A DNA stretch of 64,000 nt. It comes from Lachnospira sp. GTDB taxonomy: Bacteria; Bacillota; Clostridia; Lachnospirales; Lachnospiraceae. The stretch lies in assembly GCA_015057605.1 (NCBI GenBank), contig SVDX01000002.1, positions 24,312-88,311 of the forward strand. The letters run 5' to 3'. Positions 1 to 9,147 of the stretch are shown piece by piece. The stretch's first letter is position 1. The number at the start of each line of letters is the position of its first letter. Under the pieces are notes generated by a model. It saw nothing but the letters and a program-made list of their open reading frames with translations. It made no database searches and was not told the DNA's origin. A program made the translations under genes and the position numbers.

Positions 1-157
1 CATCTTTACCACTATTTCTTAAATCAACTAATACTCTTACGAGCTTTTCTATCTTGTATAGATTAAGCTGACCTGTCTCTTCGTGAGTAAGTGAAGACGA
101 ACCAATCTTAATAACTATTTTCTTTTTGTTTTTTAATAAGCTTCGATAATCTTTCAT
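1..157 (-). CDS. proB: glutamate 5-kinase, N-terminal fragment (gene runs off the window)
   Basis: Manual translation from the ATG at 157 gives MKDYRSLLKNKKKIVIKIGSSSLTHEETGQLNLYKIEKLVRVLVDLRNSGKD. The IVIKxGSSSLT motif is the amino-acid-kinase N-terminus. An AGGAGA Shine-Dalgarno (SD) lies 8 nt upstream. Confidence 0.6.
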   Translation of the reverse strand, partial: MKDYRSLLKNKKKIVIKIGSSSLTHEETGQLNLYKIEKLVRVLVDLRNSGKD

Positions 158-203
158 CGTTTTATTCTCCTAAGGTTCCTAATATTTCTATGATACAACA
201 AAA

Positions 204-1811
204 TTAAACATTAGTCACTAAATTTGGCAAATATTTTTCGTATATTTTTTCGAACACGCGAAGTCCATCTATTGCAGCACTTGTAATCCCACCGGCATAA
301 CCTGCTCCTTCTCCGCAAGGGTATACGCCTTTAATGTTACTTTGTAGCGTATCCTCAGCTCTTTTTATCCTAATTGGCGATGAGGTTCTGCTCTCAATAC
401 CTGAAATTATGCAGTCTGGCATATCAAAGCCTTCTATTTGATTTGCAAAACCCGAAAATGCTTCTATAATCGCGTCTTTCATAAACTCTGGCAAATGCTT
501 TGACAAATCCGAAAGTTCGTATTGTCCCTTAATACAAGGCGTCACTTCATTTAATCTGCTTGTTTTTTGATTATTTATAAAATCCTCTAATCTTTGTACC
601 GGTATTTTACCATTACCACACTTGTACATAGCCTCTTCAAGACTTCTTTGGAATTCAACGCCTGCTAATATATCATCATTTCCAAAATCATCAGGTGTTA
701 CAGTAACAATAATTGCACTATTTGCATTTTTAGAATCTCGACCCGAATAGCTCATTCCATTAACACAAAGACGTTTTTCTTCACTTGAAGCATTTACAAC
801 ATATCCACCTGGGCACATACAAAATGAGTACACGCCTCTATCTTTTTTTGTACGGTAAGTAAGCTTGTAATCTGCTGTCGGAAGTTTTGTATAATCAGTA
901 TTTCCATATGCATAGGCATTAATAAGTTTCTGTGGATGTTCAACCCTAACACCCATAGCGAAGGCTTTAGCCTCCATATCAAAATTTTTATTCTTTAGCA
1001 TATAAAATGTATCTCTTGCACTATGACCTAATGCCAATATAAGTTCATCACATTCTATAGTCTCATTATCATTAACTACAATTGATTTTAGCACTCCATT
1101 TTTATGAATTACATCTGTAAGCTTTGTATTAAATCTAATCTCTCCACCACAGCTTATTATTTCATTTCTTATGCTTTTAACTATGTTACAAAGCACATCC
1201 GTTCCTATATGAGGCTTATTATTATATAATATCTCCTCTTTAGCACCATACTTTACAAATATCTCTAACACCTTTCTTATTCTTCCATAGGTGTCCTTAA
1301 CCATTGTATTAAGCTTTCCATCAGAAAATGTACCTGCTCCACCTTCACCAAACTGTACATTTGTTTCAGTATCTAATATATTATTTTCCCAAAAAGCTTC
1401 GACCTTTTTAATTCGATTTTCAACACAGTCTCCACGCTCAATAATAATAGGCTTATAGCCCTCCATAGCAAGCATAAGCCCACAAATCATACCTGCTGGT
1501 CCAAATCCAACTATTATAGGTCGCTTTGAAATTGTAGTATTTGTTTTATGATTATATGTATATACAACAGGTGTTGTTAACGTAATGTCATTATTGTTAA
1601 CTTTTTTCATTATACTATTTTCATTATTAACTTTAACTAAAATTGTGTATACATAATACAACTGTGGCTTCTTTCTTAGGTCCATAGATTTTTTAGATAT
1701 TTCATATGTAAATGTCGTATCTGGTTTTAGCTTTAACAGCTTTCTTATTCGATTTTCTAAATCCTTTTCGCTATGATTAATATCAAGCTTTAATTGAGTA
1801 ATCTTTATCAT
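204..1811 (-). CDS. FAD-dependent protein (COG2509-type NAD(FAD)-utilizing dehydrogenase)
   Basis: 535 aa with a Rossmann GxGxxG motif (IVGFGPAGMICG). The overall layout is typical of this uncharacterized flavoprotein family. Confidence 0.7.
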   Translation of the reverse strand: MIKITQLKLDINHSEKDLENRIRKLLKLKPDTTFTYEISKKSMDLRKKPQLYYVYTILVKVNNENSIMKKVNNNDITLTTPVVYTYNHKTNTTISKRPIIVGFGPAGMICGLMLAMEGYKPIIIERGDCVENRIKKVEAFWENNILDTETNVQFGEGGAGTFSDGKLNTMVKDTYGRIRKVLEIFVKYGAKEEILYNNKPHIGTDVLCNIVKSIRNEIISCGGEIRFNTKLTDVIHKNGVLKSIVVNDNETIECDELILALGHSARDTFYMLKNKNFDMEAKAFAMGVRVEHPQKLINAYAYGNTDYTKLPTADYKLTYRTKKDRGVYSFCMCPGGYVVNASSEEKRLCVNGMSYSGRDSKNANSAIIVTVTPDDFGNDDILAGVEFQRSLEEAMYKCGNGKIPVQRLEDFINNQKTSRLNEVTPCIKGQYELSDLSKHLPEFMKDAIIEAFSGFANQIEGFDMPDCIISGIESRTSSPIRIKRAEDTLQSNIKGVYPCGEGAGYAGGITSAAIDGLRVFEKIYEKYLPNLVTNV

Positions 1812-1812
1812 A

Positions 1813-3033
1813 TTAATTCCCTTTTTTACATATATCCTTAGCTGCTGTCATTGCACTTGCGAATGCCCATTGTAAATTATAGCCACCACATTTTCCTTCA
1901 ACGTCTACTATCTCGCCGATAAAATACACATTATCCGCAAGCTTTGATTCCATAGTTTCTTTAAGCTCATTTACATCAACACCACCCTGACAAACCTGGG
2001 CATTGTCATACGAATTATAACCATCTATATTCATTTTATAAGCCTTTATTAAATCAACAAATGTCTCAAGCTTTTCGTACGCATTTTCATTAAAGCCATT
2101 ACTCTTCATAATGCCTTCAATGAGCTTTTTATTAAGTATTCCAAGGAATAATTGTGAAAATGTCATATTCTTATTGTGTTTTCTAAGCGATTTTATGTAT
2201 TCAACTATATCATCCTTAGTCATTGAAGGCATAAAATCTATGATTACATGCGCATTTTTCTTGTTATATAAAGCATTTACTATATAACGGCTTATCTGAA
2301 ATACTGGTATGCCAGATATACCATAATCCGTAAGCTGTAATTCGCCTCTATCATTAGCTATCTCTTTATTATTAACATAAGCTGTTACATTTGCTTCACA
2401 GCGAACTCCAGCTATCGACTTAAACATTTTATTATTAATTCTTAGTTGAACTAATGCGGGCAACGGTGCAATAACCTTATGCGAAAGTTTTCTTGCAAGT
2501 TCATAACCCGAACCGTCAGAGCCTGTTTTGGGTGCCGCCATACTTCCTGTTGCTATTACGAGATTTTTAGCTTTGTAGGTTCCATTATCACATACAACCA
2601 TAATGCCATTATTATTCTTTATATCAATTATCTTTGTATTTGTTAGAAGTTCTACCTTTAAGCGTTCAAGCTCGATAGTTAATGCCGACAAAACTGCACT
2701 TGCCTGCTCTGATTTTGGATAAATGTATCCATTTTTATCCTTAGGCAATACACCAAGGCTCCTAAAAAAGGCTATTGTATCATTAGCTCCAAAGCCTTCT
2801 ATTATCTTATAGGCAAAGGCTGTATTATTACTTCTGTAACAGGTATCATCTATATACATATTTGTAAGATTGCATTTTCCATTACCAGTGGATAATATCT
2901 TCTTACCTACTTTGTCATTATGCTCAAGCAGCAATACATTTTTACCATTTCTTGCACATTCTATTGCAAGCGTCATACCTGATGCGCCTGCGCCTATTAT
3001 AATAACATCTTTTTCTTTCATGTATATCACCAT
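1813..3033 (-). CDS. HI0933/BaiN-like (aminoacetone-oxidase family) FAD-binding flavoprotein
   Basis: N-terminus DVIIIGAGASGM...GKKILSTGNGKCNLTN is characteristic of the family. The start may be the internal ATG at 3021. Confidence 0.75.
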   Translation of the reverse strand: MVIYMKEKDVIIIGAGASGMTLAIECARNGKNVLLLEHNDKVGKKILSTGNGKCNLTNMYIDDTCYRSNNTAFAYKIIEGFGANDTIAFFRSLGVLPKDKNGYIYPKSEQASAVLSALTIELERLKVELLTNTKIIDIKNNNGIMVVCDNGTYKAKNLVIATGSMAAPKTGSDGSGYELARKLSHKVIAPLPALVQLRINNKMFKSIAGVRCEANVTAYVNNKEIANDRGELQLTDYGISGIPVFQISRYIVNALYNKKNAHVIIDFMPSMTKDDIVEYIKSLRKHNKNMTFSQLFLGILNKKLIEGIMKSNGFNENAYEKLETFVDLIKAYKMNIDGYNSYDNAQVCQGGVDVNELKETMESKLADNVYFIGEIVDVEGKCGGYNLQWAFASAMTAAKDICKKGN

Positions 3034-3075
3034 TCCTCGTTACTATTTTATAAAAAAGTATATAAATTGGCAAGT

Positions 3076-3690
3076 TTATGACGAATAGTTTTCTAAAAAT
3101 TCGTATAGAGCCTCTATGCCTGTAATGTATTTACCTTTTTTAACTTCATTTTTTAATTCTTGTGGCAATTGACTTAACGAAATACCCGTATAATCATATA
3201 AAGTCTTTTTATCCGCAAGATATATTACTACAAAGCCATTTTCTTCTGTAAGATAAAAATCACCAACACTGTTGTTATCAATTTTATTGTAGGTTTTTCG
3301 TAGGGTTACCTGCATATTGTTAAATTCGATTATTTCAAAGGCTACCAACCCATCACTTAAATCATTAGCCGAAGGATACATTAGATAATTATCTATTTTT
3401 TCCTGTAATCCAGATTTTGTAAGACCAAGGCAATTGAATTCTGTAATTTCACCCTTTTCTATTTTTGATGAATTCATATAGTATTTTTCACAGACAATAT
3501 TTGTTCTTGTTGTTATTGCCATAGATGGACTTTCATTTACAACAAGACTTTTTAATGTACCCTGCTGTAAGTTTCCATTATTAGTTTCATTTTTCCTATT
3601 AGAACCAGCCATAAAATAATAACCGATTATAAATGCAAGCAATGCGCTTGCAGCAATTGCAAAATAACAGATAATATACTTTTTATTCAT
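3076..3690 (-). CDS. membrane-anchored hypothetical protein, possible BofC-like C-terminal domain
   Basis: An N-terminal TM helix is present. The C-terminal pattern GFVVIY..KKTLYDYTGISLSQLPQELKNEVKKGKYITGIEALYEFLENYSS resembles BofC C-domains. Start set at the ATG 5 nt after a GGAG SD. Confidence 0.5.
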   Translation of the reverse strand: MNKKYIICYFAIAASALLAFIIGYYFMAGSNRKNETNNGNLQQGTLKSLVVNESPSMAITTRTNIVCEKYYMNSSKIEKGEITEFNCLGLTKSGLQEKIDNYLMYPSANDLSDGLVAFEIIEFNNMQVTLRKTYNKIDNNSVGDFYLTEENGFVVIYLADKKTLYDYTGISLSQLPQELKNEVKKGKYITGIEALYEFLENYSS

Positions 3691-3758
3691 ACGCACTCCA
3701 TTTAGTACAAGTATTGTTTGAGTATATTATCTGCTATTTTTTATATTTTATACATATT

Positions 3759-5408
3759 TTATCTGTATATATGCAATTTATTCAATATCCTTACAATAGT
3801 TCTGCCCTTTGGCATATCAAGCATCTCTTCTTTGCTTATTGCACCTGTTGCAAGTATCATAATCGCATAAACTAATACTGCAACCAGCATTGGAACTATT
3901 ACTAACAATATTCTTGAAGCTGTAAAATGCTCTATAAGTAGTTTTATTAAAAAGGTTGCAATTCCCATTGTTATCGCACTAATCGAGGTCTTAACAAAGG
4001 TATTCTTGATTTCGAATTGATGTCCGCCTTTTATCTTTTTAATAGCAATTATGTTCAAGAAAAGAATTGAGCCTGCCAAAACAATATCCGCAATTATTAT
4101 AGCGTGTGCCCCTACATTTGCAAATAAAAGTATAGCTCCTGTTATAGTATGAAGCACCAAACCAATTGCACAATGAATTGCTGGCAATCTTAATTTGCCC
4201 ATACCTTGCAAAATCGAGCTCGTAATAGTTGATAGTGAATATAATAATACTGTAATCGCGCCTATCATAATAAGCTCTGTTGCAAGCTGATTGTCATTGA
4301 CTCCATCATAAAACAATAATTGTAGAACTGGTCTTGCAAGCACAAATAAGCCTACCACACATGGTATTGAAAATATCGAAGTAAACTTTATTGCAAGATT
4401 AATCTTGTCCTTAGCAGTCTTATAGTCATTAAGTGCAATCGCTGTTGACATACTTGGCATAGTCGATACTGCAAGTGCTGATGCTACTGATATTGGCAAA
4501 TGTATAAGTACCTTGTATTTACCGCTTATAATGCCCCAAATTGTAGCTCTTGTATCCTTATCAATACCTTTAACTCTCAATATATTTCCAACCAGATAAT
4601 TATCAATAATTGAACTTAAATTGTTAATTGTAGTTGTAACAATAATTGGAAGCACTGTTAAGATAAGTATTTTAAATATTTGTCCATAAGTATCAACATT
4701 TTTTGTATTGCTAAAACGTAGGCGCTTGTCCGCACTATAATATGCAAAGAATATAAATGCTAAGAATATAAGTGCTGCTAATGCACCGTAAGCATTACCC
4801 ATTGTTGCACCATAGGCACCATATTCAAGCTCGTTGCTAATACCCACATTAACCATAGCATCAAAGCTATCAATAAATATCTTACAAAGTATAAGACTCA
4901 ATGCAACCTGAACTATCTTTTCAATTACCTGCGATATAGCTGTTGGTATAGTTGAGCCAAGACCTTGGAAAAAGCCTCTAAGCACACCCATAAGCGCAAC
5001 GAATATAAGTGTAGGCGTTAATGCTCTAAGGGCAAGTGCAGCTTCTGGATATCCCAAAAGATTGGCCAAAAAGTCTGAACCAAAATATGCTACCACTGCC
5101 GAAATACTTCCAGTCACCAACGCAAATAATAATGACATCAAAAATATTCTAAGCACATTTGCATATTCCTTAAGCGCCATCTTTGTAGATACAAGCTTAC
5201 TTACCGCTGACGGTAAAGTATATGAAGACAGTATCAAAAGCAAGGCATATATTTCATACGCCGTACTATAATAACCCATACCCTTATCTGTAAGCATATT
5301 TTGTAAAGGTATTCTATATACAATTCCTATAATTCTTACTCCGACGGATGCTATCGCTAATATGCCGCCCTGAACAAGAAAGCTACTTCTTTTTTGCTTT
5401 GAACTCAT
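3759..5408 (-). CDS. MOP-superfamily polysaccharide/lipid II flippase (SpoVB/MurJ-like)
   Basis: Polytopic membrane protein of about 549 aa. Start set at MSSKQKRSSF so that it does not overlap cdd. Confidence 0.7.
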   Translation of the reverse strand: MSSKQKRSSFLVQGGILAIASVGVRIIGIVYRIPLQNMLTDKGMGYYSTAYEIYALLLILSSYTLPSAVSKLVSTKMALKEYANVLRIFLMSLLFALVTGSISAVVAYFGSDFLANLLGYPEAALALRALTPTLIFVALMGVLRGFFQGLGSTIPTAISQVIEKIVQVALSLILCKIFIDSFDAMVNVGISNELEYGAYGATMGNAYGALAALIFLAFIFFAYYSADKRLRFSNTKNVDTYGQIFKILILTVLPIIVTTTINNLSSIIDNYLVGNILRVKGIDKDTRATIWGIISGKYKVLIHLPISVASALAVSTMPSMSTAIALNDYKTAKDKINLAIKFTSIFSIPCVVGLFVLARPVLQLLFYDGVNDNQLATELIMIGAITVLLYSLSTITSSILQGMGKLRLPAIHCAIGLVLHTITGAILLFANVGAHAIIIADIVLAGSILFLNIIAIKKIKGGHQFEIKNTFVKTSISAITMGIATFLIKLLIEHFTASRILLVIVPMLVAVLVYAIMILATGAISKEEMLDMPKGRTIVRILNKLHIYR

Positions 5409-5409
5409 T

Positions 5410-5805
5410 TTACTTTTCCTCAAGATTGTTTTTATCAAATGCATAAGGTAATAACTCACTTACCTTATACTGCTTAACTTTGTTTTCATTAGAAGAATAT
5501 ACCAAAACCTCGCCATCTGGCATAAGCTCTGACATAACTTGTCTGCATACTCCGCATGGATATGCATAATCGCCATTAGAGCATACTATTGCAATTTTAA
5601 CCAAATTAGTATAGCCTTCTGAGACTGCCTTAGTCATTGCTACCCTTTCAGCGCAAATAGTCGCTGGATAGGACGCATTTTCAATATTACAGCCTGTAAA
5701 CATTTTACCACACTCTGTCAAAACCGCAGCTCCAACCTTAAAATTAGAATACGGCGAATATGCATTACTCATAGCCTTAATCGCTGTTAAAATCAATTCT
5801 TCCAT
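5410..5805 (-). CDS. cdd: cytidine deaminase
   Basis: 131 aa with the zinc motifs CAERVA and PCGVCRQ. Confidence 0.9.
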   Translation of the reverse strand: MEELILTAIKAMSNAYSPYSNFKVGAAVLTECGKMFTGCNIENASYPATICAERVAMTKAVSEGYTNLVKIAIVCSNGDYAYPCGVCRQVMSELMPDGEVLVYSSNENKVKQYKVSELLPYAFDKNNLEEK

Positions 5806-5815
5806 AACATCATCC

Positions 5816-6319
5816 TTATCTGCTTATAGAAAGCTTTTGTAATATTTCCTCTTGCTTTGCTTCCATTACCTTGGCTTCATCTTCCTTGATATGATCATAA
5901 CCAAACAAATGTAGCATACTATGTGCTACTAAAAATGCAAGTTCACGAACCTGTGTATGTCCATAGCTGTCAGCCTGCTCAATAATCTTGTCCATTGATA
6001 AAACAATATCGCCTAAAAGCAACTCACCACTTTCAGGATTAAAGCAGTCAATGTACATATCGTCTTCAAGGAAGTCAAATTCGCCCGCCACTTCATATTC
6101 AATCATTGGAAATGAAAGAACATCCGTAGGCTTGTCTATATTTCTAAATTCTTTATTGATACATTTAATATTATCATTGTCAGTAAGTGTAACGCTTACC
6201 TCAGCCTCATACGGACAGCCTTCATAGTCCAACGAAGCCTCTATCACCTTAATAATAAGTTCTTCGCAGTTTTTAACATCAAGCTTATTATCCGCTTCAA
6301 ATTCTATTGTATAACTCAT
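5816..6319 (-). CDS. ybeY: rRNA maturation RNase YbeY
   Basis: HSMLHLFGYDH metal-binding motif and a family-typical size of 167 aa. Confidence 0.9.
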   Translation of the reverse strand: MSYTIEFEADNKLDVKNCEELIIKVIEASLDYEGCPYEAEVSVTLTDNDNIKCINKEFRNIDKPTDVLSFPMIEYEVAGEFDFLEDDMYIDCFNPESGELLLGDIVLSMDKIIEQADSYGHTQVRELAFLVAHSMLHLFGYDHIKEDEAKVMEAKQEEILQKLSISR

Positions 6320-7302
6320 TGCTTATCTCTCCTATTATTCTTTGACTGTCTGTTTTCATAATCTTCGTATGCTTTAACAATTCGTTGTACCAACGGATGT
6401 CTTACTACGTCCTGATTTGTCAACTTAACAAATGCGATATCATCCACCTTAGACAATACCTTCATAGCAACGTCAAGACCCGATTTTGCATCACTTGGTA
6501 AATCCTTTTGAGTTAAATCACCTGTAATTATAACCTTCGAGCCAAAGCCTATACGTGTAAGAAACATCTTCATCTGAGCAGGTGTAGTATTTTGTGCCTC
6601 ATCTAAAATAATATAAGCATTATCAAGTGTACGACCTCTCATATATGCAAGAGGTGCAACCTCGATAAGTCCTTTCTCTACATTATGCAAAAAGCTGTCT
6701 GCTCCCATAATCTGATACAAAGCATCATATAACGGTCTAAGATAAGGATCAACCTTACTCTGCATATCTCCAGGCAAGAAACCAAGCTTCTCACCCGCTT
6801 CTATTGCAGGTCTTGTAAGAATAATTCTTCCTACCTCATTATTTTTGAATGCATTTATAGCCATCGCCATTGCAAGATAAGTTTTACCTGTACCCGCAGG
6901 TCCAATACCAAATACAATCATCTTTTCACGAATCTGATCAACATAATACTTTTGCCCTAAGGTCTTTGGTTTAATAGGCTTACCACTTATGGTTCTTATA
7001 ACTAAATCCGAATCAATCTCTAATATAGCCTCTGTCTTATCCTCATAAGCTAAAGATATGGCATAATCAACATTTTGCTCTGTAATTGTGTTGCCACGCT
7101 TTGATAACTCTATAAGATTAGAAAATACCACCATTGCGCGTTTAACACTTACATCTCCACCTATAATCTTTAGCTCTGAATCCCTAAATATAATTGTAAC
7201 CTTTAGTGTACGCTCTATCTTTTTAATATATTGATCAAATTGTCCAAATACATTCCTACAATGCTCCATTGGTATATCTACAATGCTTTCTATTATGCTC
7301 AT
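6316..7302 (-). CDS. phoH: PhoH-family ATPase
   Basis: Walker A GPAGTGKTYLA and the conserved PhoH C-terminal region. Conserved ybeY neighbour. Confidence 0.9.
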   Translation of the reverse strand: MSIIESIVDIPMEHCRNVFGQFDQYIKKIERTLKVTIIFRDSELKIIGGDVSVKRAMVVFSNLIELSKRGNTITEQNVDYAISLAYEDKTEAILEIDSDLVIRTISGKPIKPKTLGQKYYVDQIREKMIVFGIGPAGTGKTYLAMAMAINAFKNNEVGRIILTRPAIEAGEKLGFLPGDMQSKVDPYLRPLYDALYQIMGADSFLHNVEKGLIEVAPLAYMRGRTLDNAYIILDEAQNTTPAQMKMFLTRIGFGSKVIITGDLTQKDLPSDAKSGLDVAMKVLSKVDDIAFVKLTNQDVVRHPLVQRIVKAYEDYENRQSKNNRRDKQ

Positions 7303-8513
7303 TCTGTCAATATTTCCTCCGCAATCATATCTATAGGCACATCTTCTCCGATTGGTTCTATTGTGTCAATATAACCAATAGCAATGTACTCATTATTATA
7401 TATATCTATTGTAACATTTTTTTCCACAATTACTACACCTAATTGCTCTAAATTTTCAAAATACTCATCAATTCTTGCGGATAATAACCTTTTTGCTGTA
7501 TCTAAATCATATTTTTCTTCGCTTAGGGTGTATTCCTTGTATGTTTTTTTGTTTAGTGTCACCGGTAAATATAAAGATTTTGATAAATGCAACTGCTTTT
7601 CTTCAGTTATCACATCATATAAGTCGTAGGGTATTTTTTCTTTACCACTAATAAGTCTGTCATTTGCAAAAACACTATAAGTTTTATATTCATTTCCCGT
7701 ATAGGTTTTACCTGTATATGTAATCGGCAAAGTTTCATGAATTTCATGACTTGTGCTTACCTTAATACTTGCATCCGCATGTACATAGCGAATATACTCA
7801 ACTTCTTTATAATCGTTATATACCTCAATCTGCCCTTTTACTAGAACATCACCTTTTTTCACGCTGTCTCCTGCTTTTACCATCGCAGTTCCACTCCTCG
7901 TAACAATTTTACTTATAACACCATCCTTATCAGCTATAATATCACAATTTTCATATTCCTTGACAACATTTTTTGTATAGGTATTTTCTTTTATATGCAC
8001 TCTAAGCATAGTGCCTTCAATTTCAGCAGACACCCATATAATATCATTAAAGTCGATACGCATCTTCGTTTCAATCGCATTACAATCAATATCATAAATG
8101 TATTTGCCACATTTTATTCCTGTGCTTTTTAGATACTTTAATAACGCCTCATCTGTATATTTTGAATTACCATCAAACTCTATATTCCAGATATATAAGG
8201 ATAATACCCTTATAAGAATATATGATATTAAAATTCCTATAAAAAACATTTTATGTTTTAAATATTTTTTCGCATACGAAGGAAGTCCATATTCCTGTTC
8301 AACTGTTATAATGGAAGTTGTCTTTTCGGCAATTGGCAGCAGTTTTTTATATTCATACCAATCTACATAAAAGCTACATCCCTCATCATTAAGTCGTAAG
8401 TCCTTTAAAACAAGCTTCTTTGCTTTACATATATTTATAAACCTTTCTATTGAAAAGGCCTTAACATTTACTAATACACAGCCTTTAACATATTTTATAA
8501 GTCTCTCAATCAT
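7299..8513 (-). CDS. yqfD: sporulation protein YqfD
   Basis: About 400 aa with a central TM segment. It sits in the conserved yqfC-yqfD-phoH-ybeY order. Confidence 0.8.
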   Translation of the reverse strand: MIERLIKYVKGCVLVNVKAFSIERFINICKAKKLVLKDLRLNDEGCSFYVDWYEYKKLLPIAEKTTSIITVEQEYGLPSYAKKYLKHKMFFIGILISYILIRVLSLYIWNIEFDGNSKYTDEALLKYLKSTGIKCGKYIYDIDCNAIETKMRIDFNDIIWVSAEIEGTMLRVHIKENTYTKNVVKEYENCDIIADKDGVISKIVTRSGTAMVKAGDSVKKGDVLVKGQIEVYNDYKEVEYIRYVHADASIKVSTSHEIHETLPITYTGKTYTGNEYKTYSVFANDRLISGKEKIPYDLYDVITEEKQLHLSKSLYLPVTLNKKTYKEYTLSEEKYDLDTAKRLLSARIDEYFENLEQLGVVIVEKNVTIDIYNNEYIAIGYIDTIEPIGEDVPIDMIAEEILTE

Positions 8514-8526
8514 AACTCACCAAAAC

Positions 8527-8775
8527 CTAACAATACTTAATTTCACAAATATATCCCTTTATTTTCAGTTCATCACAATTGTAATTTTCTATCATAAGCC
8601 CTTTACCACAAACGTTTATAATGCCTTCTTTTACCTTCACAGTAATAATTGAATCATTGTACTCAATTATATATTTGAAATTCTGAATAAACATCTCATT
8701 TCTTCCTACTACCTTTATGGTCGAACAGCCATATATGACGTCCTTTGGCAACCCCAAACTGTTAATAATATTCAT
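8527..8775 (-). CDS. yqfC: YabP/YqfC-family sporulation protein
   Basis: 82 aa with the LPKDVIYG...VVGRNEMFIQNFKYIIEY pattern. Lies directly upstream of yqfD. Confidence 0.75.
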   Translation of the reverse strand: MNIINSLGLPKDVIYGCSTIKVVGRNEMFIQNFKYIIEYNDSIITVKVKEGIINVCGKGLMIENYNCDELKIKGYICEIKYC

Positions 8776-8821
8776 AGTCGTTTCCTTTGCGTTTTATAAA
8801 CATATATATGAGTTTTAAACA

Positions 8822-8854
8822 CAAAAAATGAGCGATACCAATTAAGTATCGCTC
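8822..8854 (-). terminator. rho-independent terminator after rpsU
   Basis: Minus strand reads GAGCGATAC-TTAATTG-GTATCGCTC followed by ATTTTTTGTG. Confidence 0.75.
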
Positions 8855-8867
8855 AATATTTAAAAAA

Positions 8868-9044
8868 TTAATTAAACTTACGTTTTCTTGCTGCTTCAGA
8901 TTTTTTCTTACGCTTTACACTTGGCTTCTCGTAATGTTCTCTCTTACGAATTTCTTGTTGAATACCTGCTTTTGCACAGTTTCTCTTAAATCTGCGTAAT
9001 GCACTATCTAAAGTCTCGTTCTCTTTTACGATTACGTTTGACAT
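8868..9044 (-). CDS. rpsU: 30S ribosomal protein S21
   Basis: [28 protein letters not shown]... (58 aa). The longer ORF in the track carries an implausible N-terminal extension. Confidence 0.9.
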   Translation of the reverse strand: MSNVIVKENETLDSALRRFKRNCAKAGIQQEIRKREHYEKPSVKRKKKSEAARKRKFN

Positions 9045-9104
9045 TGTCTTTCCTAACCACCCTTCATTGTGGATTGTGCACATATAAAATATTGCACAAA
9101 TGAT

Positions 9105-9132
9105 ATTATAACACATATTTCCTTTTCGTCAA
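9105..9132 (-). promoter_or_regulatory. sigma-A type promoter for rpsU
   Basis: Minus strand has TTGACG, a 16-nt spacer and TATAAT, with a TGn extended -10. Confidence 0.5.
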
Positions 9133-9147
9133 CAGTTTTTTGAGATT

